Source of the DNA: Tubulanus polymorphus
Lineage: Eukaryota; Animalia; Nemertea
DNA: 64,000 bases
NCBI RefSeq assembly: GCF_964204645.1
Contig: NC_134026.1
Location: forward strand, 9,509,950 to 9,573,949
Direction: 5' to 3'
Under the pieces are notes generated by a model. That model ran no database searches, was not told the DNA's origin, and saw nothing but the letters and a program-made list of their open reading frames with translations. The number at the start of each line of letters is the position of its first letter. The first letter of the stretch is position 1. The translations under genes and the position numbers were made by a program. Below, piece after piece: positions 52,143-63,990 of the stretch.

Positions 52143-52481
52143 CATCCTCCCCCGGCAGGGATTCAAACCTGATGGCATCGAGATTGCCACGGCACGAAAC
52201 CCTGCCATAATCGACCGTGTGCGCAGATACATGCGCAGTTCAGGTGATGTGATTTTTAGCCAAACAGAAATCCCGTTTTATTTTAGCCCGGGTTTTCCCA
52301 TTTATAGTCCTTCCTTGAAATTTGCCTCAACGATTATACAACGAGCAATCTGATTGGTGCCGCCAGTTTTCGTTCGGAAAGCTGCGCATGTACCTGCGCA
52401 CCCGGTCTACTGATGCAGGGGTTCGTGCCATGGCTGAATGTAGCGATGCCATCAGGTTCGAGTCCCTGCAGAGGGAGGATG
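52143..52481. mobile_element. Mutator-like MITE (339 bp) inserted in Copia RNase H
   Basis: Perfect 9-bp TSD GGTTAATGC (52134-52142, 52482-52490); about 95-bp imperfect TIRs starting CATCCTCC. Confidence 0.9.
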
Positions 52482-52759
52482 GGTTAATGCTAGTATTATA
52501 ACCAGTCAAGTTTACATCATTCAATAACTGAGCAAGAATGGCCCCAGCTAACGCCATATACTCGGCCTCACATGTACTCAAAGCTACAGTTTGCTGTTTA
52601 CGGCTTTTCCAAGAAATTGGTGCACCCTTTTCGCATAAACTATAACAATATCCGGTAATACTATAATAATATCCGGTAATTAGTTGTTTGTAAGGAAAGA
52701 AAAGTTTTGCCCCTGATTGTGATAGCAGAAATAGCACCATTAAAAAAGTACTTTTCATC

Positions 52760-53406
52760 TGGGCTTATCACTGGTTCAATAGCATATCCAACGCCAATAT
52801 GAGAGGTCTGACCTCTTTTTCTATCTAGCTATTAATCCCATCTTGGTTTCTTTGTTGGTTGAAAGCGAAAGGGTCGTCTCATAATGCAGACGTTGAACAC
52901 CAGAAAATAATAATTGCATGCATATGTGGTTAGTAAGCATCCACCTGTAATTATCAGCTGAAATTTATTAGCTTAAAAGTCTCCGAATCATCTAAATCAC
53001 TTGTGGCCTTCTGCATCAATGTCGAGATCTAAATTTGATTCAGTGAAATTTTTGAATAGATCTACTTAATGCCGCTTTGCAGTCATTATATCTTCTTCTC
53101 GGCCTTAAACAATTTCAAAATCTACATGCGGACGACAGTGTAGAACAGGTACCAGTTGAAGTACCAAGGACTGGAAGAGTTGGTCTTGGCCCATGGTCTG
53201 CTCTATCTGTAGGAGTACCATGCAGTGGGCAGACACGCGCAGGCCTTCCAGCACAAGCAGTTCGATCTTCTACTTTTAACTTCTACTTCTACTTTTAATT
53301 TCATTTCAAATACAATACTTGCACTTTTCTCTTCGTTTTTTTCACTTATGTACCATGCGGCTCTAGCTTTTTCTAGTTTCTTTCTACAGTTGCTTTTACG
53401 CCCCAT
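52760..53406 (-). pseudogene. Heavily decayed Kolobok/Mutator-like transposase fragment
   Basis: Basic start MGRKSNCRKKLEKARAAW and, downstream, QDGI...KRGQTSHIGVGYAIE, resembling the DG(T/S)WxKRGxxSxxGVG motif; many lesions. Confidence 0.35.
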
Positions 53407-53733
53407 TCTAGTATAAAAGCGTGTTTTTTGTTCCTCAGAAACAACAGATTCGTGTGTGAAATGATCAAAATCGAATTTACTTCTGGGGTTTAGCTTTGTT
53501 TTTTATTTGTTATGGAATTTGATCAATGTGTTTGTCAGAAGTCATGGAATTAGCCGGGGATAATGTAATCATTCCTTATACAACACATAGGTGCCCGCAG
53601 TACATCTCTTGTTATAAATATACACCAAATATGGCAATTAATGGTTGTCTCTGGTTCAAAATTTGTGGAAATGTTTTATCCGTAGATCCATAAAATGTTA
53701 CTTGAGACGTTCATTACTATGATTTTACCATTT

Positions 53734-55020
53734 TTAGGCCAGCCGTAGGCTGAGCCTATTACTATACAAATGGAGTGAATTTAAATGACATGGTTTCCAC
53801 ACAAAAGGCTCTTTTGCTTGCCAAGTTAGGGCATATTCGAACAAATCACGTATTTAAGCGTAATCCATTCTCGGAATCGTAGCGAGCAGAATTTTGAAAT
53901 AGGGTCTCATAAAAATGTTTTCTGCATTTTTCACGAAAGTTAAATCGGGAAAATTTCAATTTTTATCAGCCAATCAGGAAGTTGTGTCTTCCCTGTGATT
54001 GGTTTATCTGAAAATATCAGCAGCTGTTCACGTGAATTATCGCGATTTCATTACTGGCGCTTTTGCGCATGACTTCATGTATCAACACGCGACAATACTT
54101 CCGCGTTCGCTACGTGTTCGCTGATTGGCCCATTTACTGGGAGATTCCACAGAAGCCTAATGTAGTTGGTTACAAGCGCTGTGATTGGCCCGACCCGATT
54201 CTGGCATGGCTTAGTGGGTTCCAATCCCTTGACGGGTGAAGATGATGGATCCTATCAATATCTATTGAAACTAATAAGTTTCCCGGTTGGGCAGCCGCGG
54301 ATATCTACCGGAAGTATTCCGGTTCGATATTTCGAGGTTTCTTTGAATTTTGGAGTGATATTGAAATCCGGTAAATACCAGCGGTAGATTGTGAAAACCC
54401 ATTGCATGATATTTGTATTACTTAAACGAAAAGCGTCGGGGCCGTGCCAGGAGTTTTCGTGATTCAAGTAGCGCAATAGCCTACTTCTTCGTGTTCGTCC
54501 ACCTCAATTTTCACTCCGCCGATCTCTGACACGGCTCTGTCCCCGTCGGTGCTGTGATTGCACTTTCGTACCACCAAAATTTTTTATTTCTATATCAGGG
54601 AGGTCTGGAGAATAAAAAAGTCAAAATTTGGATATCACATAGGCCTGATTTCATCGAATAAGTCGACCATGGTCGTTACGTTTCCGTACTTATTACTACC
54701 TAAAACCGTCTGAACAATTTTGTCACAACCAACATTTCGTTTACAGAAATCAGGTGTTCACGTGAACCCGCGGTATCGTCTACTGTTTTACTTCCTGGTT
54801 TTATTTTAAGATTTAAAATTGTATTTCAAGATCGATTTCTATGAAATCTTTAGTTGATTTGGTGTTTGGGAGGAATTTTTATTTGCTCTACAGAAAATTC
54901 ATCCTTGACAATTGCGCAAGGTTCGCGAAAAAAAAAGGTTTTACCAAATCGGGTGTATGACCTTGATATGCTAATTAGCCATGTGCCCGAATTGCAAATT
55001 CAATCAAATTTTATTCTGCC
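53734..55020 (+). repeat. Repeat family A, copy 2, interrupted by about 0.7 kb that includes a partial copy of the 13315 MITE family
   Basis: Matches 6111-6665 in two blocks (53734-54036, 54751-55020); TGTTCACGTGAA lies at both junctions; 54040-54243 matches 13385-13641. Confidence 0.7.
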
Positions 55021-55214
55021 AAAAAAATGTTAAATACAATTCGCTTTCCGAGAGTTAATGGTATGCTGCATGGAACAAAGTTGTTTTGAGATGGGTCTTG
55101 AAGCTATTTAGGTCGAGAGATAACCATCTAGATAGTTCGTGAGAGTTCCAAAGTTTTGAAGACGCTTCAAGGTAATGTCTTGATATTTGGTTTATACGTG
55201 TATCTACCCTAGAC

Positions 55215-56420
55215 CAGGGCTGCCAACCCTCCCGAATTATTCGGAATCCTCCCGATTTGCGTGAAGAAATTCCGACGATACGATCGGGTATACAAAATTC
55301 CGACTTTTTTTTTCTTTTTCGGCGATGTCCGATTTTCCACCCGCCAGCGCGTTGTAACACAATATGATGATTTGGTAGAACAGAATTGAATAGGTGGGGA
55401 ATTTATATGCACGCCCGCGGTGGATGAGTGCGTGGCTATATACTGTGTACGTGGGTCAGGCGATAAACAGCGCTTACTAGCGCGCGCGTGCGTGCGTGTG
55501 TGTGTATGAGAGTAGCTGTGTTATTGATTTTATCTACGCATGGCGTACGATTATTTCGTAGTAGGAGAGCAGCTTTTTAATTTGTTTCAAGAATAAAAAT
55601 AAAGTTCATTCGTTTTAAAATACGTTGTTTTCAATCATTTTTGTGAAAATATTATGACATGTGGCAAAATGTGATTGTTATTGTCAAATTGCTCCGCATC
55701 GTTTCGGAGAAGAATCGGTTTACTGCGGTAATTAGCTCGTTTTCGCAGCGCGATTAGCATTCGAAGATCCGGGTTAGATTTCAACGTGTGGACTCTTTGA
55801 AATGTTTCGGTAAGCAATTGCTTTGCTAGTTTGAACCTTAATGTTGTCACTCTTGTGTTAGTTTGATTTGAAAAGATAATTTAAGATGCTTTTGAGCAGT
55901 GCATCTCAAAGTAAACTTTTAGTTTGCATATTTGGCAGATGGCAGCACCATCGAGTAGCATGTAGATTTAGAGACTTTTTACTGTTTGTATCTTTCAGTT
56001 CTGTACGTGGAGTCTCTCTTGGACAGTATCATGGAACTGATGCTGGAAATGGATATATTCGCATGACAGCTGTATAGTGTTATGTAATTCGTTTGACAAT
56101 TTATGCCAGTTTTATGTTCTTATTTTTTAGTCTATTGTATATTTTTGATAAACACTGTTGATTTTTATCTTTCATAAAATAATAAAGAAAAAATACATTC
56201 TGTAGAATTTGCTGATTTTTTATTTTGCTAATAATTCCATATTTTCATATCCAGCTTTCATATATTACACGTGAAAGGTATTCCTAATTGAAAGCAAAAT
56301 ATTCCTACTTGGAAAAGTCTCAATTTCTTCGGTTTCGATATATTCCTATTGAAACCTTCAATATTCCTAATTAATCTGCCATTCATCCCTAAATGGAATT
56401 TTGAAAGGTTGGCAGCCCTG
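55215..56420. mobile_element. hAT-like non-autonomous element, TSD not preserved
   Basis: 14-bp TIR CAGGGCTGCCAACC / GGTTGGCAGCCCTG; the left flank is a family-B fragment and the flanks differ (CTAGAC vs AACACA). Confidence 0.6.
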
Positions 56421-56619
56421 AACACAGGACATCAAAGCTAAACACTACAAAGACGGCATATCTTAGACCATACAAAGACAGGACCTCTGATCTAAAACAT
56501 ACAAACACAGGACTTCATATCTCTAAACATTTAAAACGAGTTCACTGCATCCAGTTACCGAATTATGGTGGCTGATTAGGGCCAAGTTAAAAAAAAAAAA
56601 TTTCGTGCAATATACCATG

Positions 56620-56950
56620 CAAAAAATATATTGCTTCGTTTCTGCGTCCGTTTCTGCGCGGCGCAAAAACGAAATTTACCGCGCTAAAACGCGCCAAAAC
56701 GAGCGCAGAAACGAAATTTCGTTTTAGCGCCCGTTTTGGCGCGTTTCTGCGCGGTGATTTCTCGTTTTTGCGCCGCGCAAAAACGAAGTTCGTTTCTGCG
56801 TCCGTTTTTGCGCCGCGCAAAAACGAAATTTACCGCGCCAAAACGAGCGCAGAAACGAACCTTCGTTTTAGCGTTTTGGCGCGTTTTAGCGCGGTGATTT
56901 CTCGTTTTTGCGCCGCGCAAAAACGAACTTCGTTTCTTCGTTCATGCGCG
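56620..56950. repeat. Subterminal array of short direct and inverted repeats (putative transposase-binding sites)
   Basis: Repeated GCGCAAAAACGAA, TTTCTGCGTCCGTTT and GCCAAAACGAGCGCAGAAACGAA in both orientations. Confidence 0.8.
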
Positions 56951-57399
56951 GTAATTTTGGTCGGATGGTGGCGCCAGGGTTCATCTCGTGATACTAATTA
57001 CGGCCTTAAAACGTTGTATTATTATACCAATTATTTTCTAATTAATTTAATTTTCAGAGTTACGTTTATACGCAATAAAACTTCCTTTATCGGTGATTTT
57101 CTGATTTTTTACGAAAGCCAGTAGCACTGCCTTCACTTAAAAGTCAACAAATTCAAATTAAATATTTGTAAAAATTGACGTTTTGATGCGGTAGCCAGTG
57201 CGTCAAGAATAGTGGTTATATTCACGGTTGAGAAGAGAGTAGGGCGTGCGCGTGTAGTTTTAATACAATACAATAAGGTCAGTTCAGTTGAACGTCTGAC
57301 TGCCCCATTGATACGTGTGATATTGACGACGCGCTATAAGGGTTCCTACGCCGCTACGGCCTCCCAAATCCCACAAATAAACCCCTCGCGCGGTAGATC

Positions 57400-60300
57400 A
57401 TGTCGTGTTTTCTACAAGAAGAAGGACAGGATGATGATGTCAGCTCAGGTATGGAAATTGTCTGATTGTCAATACTGATATTTCGAAATTTCATCAAAAT
57501 ATTAATTCTTGGTATTCTAATCCACTCTGACAACTGGTTATATTTCTTTATAGAGGACAATATCATCACACAATTGTTCAACGACGGATTTACTAATAAG
57601 GAAATTTGCCACTCACTCGAGACTTATTTTGGATTGGCAATGAGGTAAGAGGTTATGTAGCCCCTAAATAAATGTTACATGCTGAGAGATCGATGAGGCT
57701 TAATTATGCATTTTTGCTAAAATATTCGCAGAATCGTTCTCAAAACCTTGCTCTCTTTGCAGTGAGCGTACATTAAAACGGCGACTCAACAAACTGGGAT
57801 TAAAAAGGAGATGTAACTATCAATTACATGAAGTTGTCAGTGTAGTAGAGGTAATTATACAGTGAGACCTATCCATATTTGATTTCTAGTGTTTCATTAA
57901 TATCAAAATGTGTCATCGTAATATCAAGAATGTATGAATGGAGATTCAGATATCATTCTGACAAGTTAATTACTGCCAGTAATATAGGTTTCTTTAATCA
58001 TAGGAAGAGGTACGTGGCAGTGGTAGCTGTTTGGGCTACAGAGCCATGACTAGTCGATTGAGGAATCGCTATGGAATTCGTGTTCCTAGGTACGATGATG
58101 GTCCGTAATTATCAGGAGTGATACATCGACTGTTAACCTATATTTTAACCCAGCATTGATGAATTATTTTCAGGACAGTTGTTTCGGGTGTCCAGCGCTT
58201 GATTGATCCAGAAGGAGTCAGGGAAAGAGCTAGTGGTATCCTCCGTCGCCGTAATTATTCAGCCAAAGGTCCTAATTATTTGATACATGTTGATGGGCAT
58301 GATAAGCTTAAGCCGTATGGCTTTGCTATACATGGAGCCATAGATGGGTAGGTAATCGGTTGTTTTTCCATATGCTGGCCTGGATTGTTCTATTATTTGA
58401 TCTGATATGTGTGTGTGTGTGTATGTCTAAGGTATTGCTCCAATGTATAGTTATTCTAGGAGGATTCTTTGGCTCAACGTAAGCAATACAAATAATGACC
58501 CTGCTGTTATTGGCTGGTATTTTGTCGATTTTATAGAGCAAATAAAAGGTAGGTATTTTGTCATTATGCAACAACCCTGAAAATATCTCAATTTTCCAAT
58601 ATTTTCGATACTCTAATCGAAATAATGCATGAAAAATATTAAATTGTTATTGCCTTACAACGACTGCTTTGACTTCACTATTACAATGCAATGCCATATA
58701 TACATGTCAAGAACAATTGGGTATTCATGTATTTTTTATTATTTGAATTTTTTTAGCTGTACCTCGTTGCGTCAGGATTGATGCGGGGACCGAAAATGGT
58801 ATTTTGGCATCCATTCAAGAAGCTTTCCTTACGGACCATACAAATGAAGCCAGTGTAGTAATCGGAAGATCTACTAGTAATCAGGTTCGTTGACGATAAA
58901 AATTTCACTCTTTTACAATGAAAAAGATTCAATCATCACTTTCTGATTACATATATTTAATTGTTGACATGTATCCGTAATAACCAACCTTAAAAACACT
59001 GCTAGCTAAAATAAATTTATAACCAAAGCTCAGGCGCGGATCCATGAGGTAGCACCTGGGGCACGTGCTACCCGCTTGACTTTCAGTTGGGCCCCAAAAA
59101 CCTTTCCCATCATAAATTTGGTACCACCTGAGGACGTCCAATGGCCTAATATGTCCCCTAATATGTTTTTCTTTGTTTGAAAGAAGCTCAAATGCTTGAA
59201 ATTGCATCTGCAGGGGCTTATTTTCAGAGGGAGGAAACCCCCTTTGGCTTCGCGTCTTCGGCGCTCACTACCAGTGGATATTGCCTCTTTGCAATAATTA
59301 TCGCCCTTTCATCAGGTGCTACCCCTCCATATATGCCCTGGATCCGCCCCTGAAGCTTTTGCATACCTATTTGATTTGTTTTGTCATTTTATTAGTTCCC
59401 TGTAAATATGTACATTATTTACATCAGCAAAAACACCAAAAAGGGTACGTGCGCACACAAACTATAAATAGAAAATGTTATTTTCCTTCAGCGAATAGAG
59501 AGGTGGTGGCGAACACTGAGACATTCACTTGGCCAATATTGGATGAATCTGTTCAAAGACATGGCGGATCGTGGTTTGTTTTCGAATGCTGATCCTATTC
59601 ATATGTAAGACTTAATCACTGAATGTTTGTTTTTAGCCCACTTGGGACTTTACGGGCTATTGCGTTCACTTTTCATCCGTAGATGGAATCCAGCTTCAAT
59701 GCATGGATTGTCTTGATCTTTGATTTATACATGTATCTCCCCTAAACACATCTTCAGCCCAAAAACTGGCCCGGTCAGATTCAAGATGGCCGACTCGCGG
59801 CTATTTTTGTTCGCCAAAATCGCACTTACACATTTTTTTGAGTTTTTAAGGGCAATTTTAAAGACACTTCAATCTTGATCTTTCAGATATGTTTGTATCC
59901 CCCTATGGTGCATCAGCATAAGAAAAATTGGGTCGATCGGACACAATATGGCCGTCCTGTGACCTTTTTTATGCCCAAATAGTTCATTTTTGACCAGAAT
60001 TCAGAGACCTGAATGGTTTGCCATTTTTCATTGAAATTCGTGATGGGTATATTTTGAGAAGGGCTCTTAAACAAATTGTTCGATCAGTCAAACGTGACGC
60101 AATTGACAGCCATCTTAGTGTCGACAGTCCTCATTTGTAGATAGAAAATGGTTTTCCGGACTCATTCTATGATTGTGTCGAATTTCAAGGTCATTGGTTT
60201 TTGTATTATGGTCACCAGGGGCGTTGAATAGCCGATTAACTTAGTATTTTCATATTGTATTTGTCCCTAGGCATATTTTGTAACCACAATCAATTGCAAA

Positions 60301-61289
60301 ATTGTAGCTTGCGACATTTTGAATGATTGTGGTCAGTTTCAAGGTCATTCTTTTCTTGATATGTTCACTAGGTCCATTGAATATTGAAATTTTCAGATTG
60401 TTGAGCATTTCAAACCACTTTCCAAGTGGGCGTGGTGTCCCTGGTCCCCTAGTTGTATCATTAATATGATATATGGATATATTTTCAAGTATTACCATTT
60501 TCAGTGACACGCTACGATACTGTTTTTTTTATTTGATCACCAACGACTTGCTTGACTTCCAAAGGGAATGGAACACACATGTAATTGGTCCTCAGAGTAA
60601 CATGGAAGTACCGAGTGGTAAACCTGATTTATTGTACTTCACTCCAGAGGTGTTTGGTGAGTTATATTAAAATAATGTCACAAATTATACCATTTATCAT
60701 TTGCCTACATAAAACGTTTGAATATATATCTCTAGTGAGGGAATTTATTATTATGTGGAAACTAGGGTAGGATCCAGGATTTTGGATAAGGGAGGCGGGA
60801 GGCATCGGGCTAAATCCCCCGAGGGGGTCTGGAGGCCGTTCTCCTACAAAATTCTGAAATACAGGATTTTCAGGCATGAGGACAAAATCCACACCTGGGG
60901 TCTTTTTCAAAACGTATCTCGGCGATAATAAGGGGGCGGGCGGGGCGTACGCCGCTTCCGTCCCTCTAAATCCACCCCTGGACCATACGCATTTATAGCA
61001 TTGTTGTCTTTGATATGGTCATTGTACTTATGGTTCTCGTATAATGACCAGTATGTTTATCTGAATTTGTATTCTAGGAACAGATGATTACAAAGTGGCC
61101 ATTGATACGGGAATACTGGATCAAATACGCCGGGATTTTTGCAAAATCCCAAATCAAACTCGAGGGTGTGATCCACAATTTTCCGCGTTATGTGATGGAA
61201 TTCTCGCGCAAAGCAATTTTGGAAGATTTCCTTCAACCTCGATCGAAGCTTGCGACATGTATGATTGGCTATTATCTCAGTTTAGATAA
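57400..61289 (+). CDS. IS3EU-type DDE integrase/transposase, 10 exons, 396 aa, apparently intact
   Basis: Exons 57400-57448, 57554-57644, 57763-57850, 58004-58089, 58174-58347, 58451-58548, 58757-58884, 59492-59604, 60505-60656, 61078-61289; all GT-AG, phase-consistent, 1191 nt, no internal stop. HTH-like SERTLKRRLNKLGL; GYRAM; GPNYLIHVDGHDKLKPYGFAIHGAIDGYSR (D); RIDAGTEN (D); STSNQRIERWW (E); EWNTH. AATAAA at ~61353. Confidence 0.9.
59031..59352. mobile_element. hAT-like MITE with 5-bp TSD, in transposase intron 7
   Basis: TIR CAGGCGCGGATCCA / TGGATCCGCCCCTG; TSD AAGCT at 59026-59030 and 59353-59357. Confidence 0.8.
59631..60454 (+). mobile_element. Helentron/HINE family B copy in transposase intron 8
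   Basis: Same ends as 24762-26026 (TTTTAGCCCACTTGGGAC...CCAAGTGGGCGTGGTGTCCCTGG) with fewer internal repeat units. Confidence 0.85.
60763..60980. mobile_element. Degenerate GC-rich hAT-like MITE in transposase intron 9
   Basis: TAGGGTAGGATCCAGG...CTAAATCCACCCCTG imperfect TIR; TSD not clear. Confidence 0.5.
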
Positions 61290-62448
61290 ATGTGTAAAAT
61301 GTATTTTGTATACATGTTAGTACTGTATGTATATATTGGAAGATAAAGACAGAATAAATTCCTATTTTCCAAGATACTTCTTATTAGATCTTTATTCTTG
61401 TAGACTTGCTGGCGGACACATATTCAACAATGTTAGAATACGTCTCTTGGTGGAAATATCTATTTATTGAAGGCAGTTGTCTTGGGCAAAGCCTTTACAT
61501 GTTGTTCTTATCGAAACATATTTGAATGGTATCTAAACTCAATCAATGGTTAATTGAAGAAGTCCTACTGGTACCCTTGGATGTTTTTATTGCTGTCTGT
61601 TTCTTTAGTTCTGACACATTAGCTTCTGTTTTTCATCATGTGAGTTTATATACTTTAGGTTACTTGTATTTCTGGTCATTCCACCTGATGATGGCTGTTA
61701 ATCAACAGCCAAAACGTTGTGGTCTCGTTTTAATAAATTCTATTATTTAAAATTCAAATTGTGGGACTTCTTCAATTATGTACAGTCTACACGGATTAGA
61801 GTGTTTATTCAACTACTATCAATCAATAGTGGTGGGTTAAATTGACCAATTGGCATCTAATTCTGCTAATCTAATCTATTAACACAATCAAGTCTCAGCA
61901 TATCCAACTCATGATCAACACTGACTTTAGTTTTGAGTTGTTCTGTTTAACTTAATGGTTTCTCTTGAAGAACAAACAGTCTCAACCAGAATGCCGACAA
62001 ACATCAAGAGAAAGCGATTATATTTCTATTAACTGGCAATAAATTTTATTGTTATATTCAACCACTGTGGGGAAATAAACATTAAAAAATGTGTCAGGCA
62101 TATAACTTTGTCTTCATAAAATGACCTTAACATTCATACTTTGATGTGCTAGCACACAATAGGTAGTATTTTAAACAGATTGCTTAGTCATCCCTAGGCA
62201 ATCAATAAAAAAAAAGTTAATGTTAAACAGTAGATTATCCTAAGTTTCGTTTCCATAATACTTAGTCGTCCATCAATGAATTGTAAAAACATTTTAGTGC
62301 ATTTATAACCGTAATCAATACCATAAAATCTAAGCTAGCATAATCACTTTTACTTAAAACAGTAGATAATGCAGTGTCACACATGTAACTAGAAGTAAAG
62401 TCTACAAACAGTTTAACAGATTATAATCCAGCAAATCACGGTTATGAC

Positions 62449-63990
62449 CTATGCCTCAGTGAAAGTTTGGCTGGCATTTTTTATTGCTGCATCCATATAA
62501 CATTTAAACAATTCGTAAGAATTGTGTACCGGCACCGAAAGAACATTGCCGCATGTGTTTGCAATGGGAAAGTCTTTAGTACAGTCACCAATATCTCCCG
62601 GATGTCGAAACTGCAGGGTTAATTTAGGGCTGAACCCTAAAACTGGAATCTCTTCTAGGCCAGTGATGAAACGTATGAAATCCGTAATGAATTCACCTAA
62701 AAAACAAATTTAATCCGAAAAATACTTAATTTGCTATGAAAAACGCCACCTGGTTGTAAAGCAACCACATTTTAGAACCACCAAATATCAAAAGGATCCA
62801 TAGAAGCGTCTTCAAAATTTCTCAAACTAACTGGATTCTGTCTAGGGACGAATGAAAAGTGAACGCAATAGCCCGCTGAGACTCAAGTTCCAAGTGGGCT
62901 AAAAATTGGTATTACTGTCTATTACAGCTAAAGTCCCAAGTGGGCTAAAAATTGGTATTACTGTCTATTACAGCTAAAGTCCCAAGTGGGCTAAAAATTA
63001 CAACATGGCTAAATTTACCTTCGATATCAAGGATATATTCCTTGAAATATCCGTATGCTCTGTTTTCCAAACGTAATCGATTTGATTCTGGTTCGCTCCA
63101 GTAGGTTTGTTCCATGTCGAATAGAGCATACACATCCTCGGCTGTATATTTTCTGCCTTCCAGTTTACAAAACGCATCTTTAAAAAGATGTGGGTATGCG
63201 GTTATGTAAAATAACACGCCATTATCCTCCAATCCAGATTTTAACCTGAAAGGAATGATACATTTTAAAGCAAATCGTGGCATCTCATCGACTCAATCAA
63301 TTATATAATGCATTTTTAATTTCTATAGTTTGGTGGCCATTTTTAAAGAATTATTTAAGTGAAAAAACATGTAGTCTGTCCACTGATGTAGCCCTGCTGT
63401 GTATCGTTAACCCTAATTATTCTTTATGTAATGGCTCGAATGTTGCAGCCACTTGTATTATATGGATGATGAACTGAATTACTATTAAATTACTTATTGC
63501 CATTGGGAGTAGGCCTAAGGAAAGAATATACGAGCTTAATAAGTTCCAGGTTTATCATGTTATCAAATTTCAAGATTTTAAAGTTTTCAAAAAGCGGTGA
63601 GATCGAAGCATTGTATTTTGAATTAGTTATTACCCGAACAGCTTTTTCCGCAATTTAGTTAACGTATTGATTTATTGTTTAGAAATCATAGGCCCCAAAC
63701 AGGAAGACAATAATTGAGGTGTGAATCTATATAGCTATATTATAAATGTCCGAATTGCCTTTGAGATAATACTTGTGTCCACAAAATACAACATATATAA
63801 TATAAAGGCACTGAACTTACTGTGCCAAAGGTACACTCAGTCGCTGAACAGCCAGAAATTTACATAGTCCTTTGATTAGTCGCTCCTTGTTGTTATATAT
63901 TGCCAGAGTCATGCAGCCAGAAACTGAGATGACGCATTCATGTTTTGCCACCATCTCGTTGAAGCTTTCTTCATCTTCACATCCTGCTAT
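62449..63990 (-). CDS. HECT E3 ubiquitin ligase (G2E3-like HECT C-terminus), last three exons; gene starts beyond the window
   Basis: Exons 63990-63821, 63245-63019, 62696-62449, GT-AG and phase-consistent: ...NKERLIKGLCKFLAVQRLSVPLAQ LKSGLEDNGVL..HLFKDAF..YTAEDV..WSEPESNRLRLENRAYGYFKEYI.. FIRFITGLEEIPVLGFSPKLTLQF..FPIANTCGNVLSVPVHNSYELFKCYMDAAI..FTEA*. Catalytic Cys in PIANTC. Confidence 0.88.
62800..62997 (-). repeat. Family B 5'-end fragment with a 46-bp tandem reiteration, in the last HECT intron
   Basis: CCAAGTGGGCTAAAAATT occurs three times at 46-bp spacing. Confidence 0.8.

Larger units (their letters stand above)
47428..52680 (-). mobile_element. 3' remnant of a Ty1/Copia retrotransposon (RNase H, PPT, split 3' LTR)
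   Basis: GAPISWKSRKQQTVALSTCEAEYMAL, LYGDNQG, NPVHHNRSKHIDIRFHYIRD and NLADIFTKP (~51920-52630). PPT AAGTGGGGA precedes LTR start TGTTGA at 51677; LTR end TCAACA at 47428 with AATAAA inside; rejoined LTR is about 217 bp. Confidence 0.85.

Noticed and set aside
56587-57124. Arg/Ala-rich ORFs
   Set aside because: Produced by the GC-rich subterminal repeat array.
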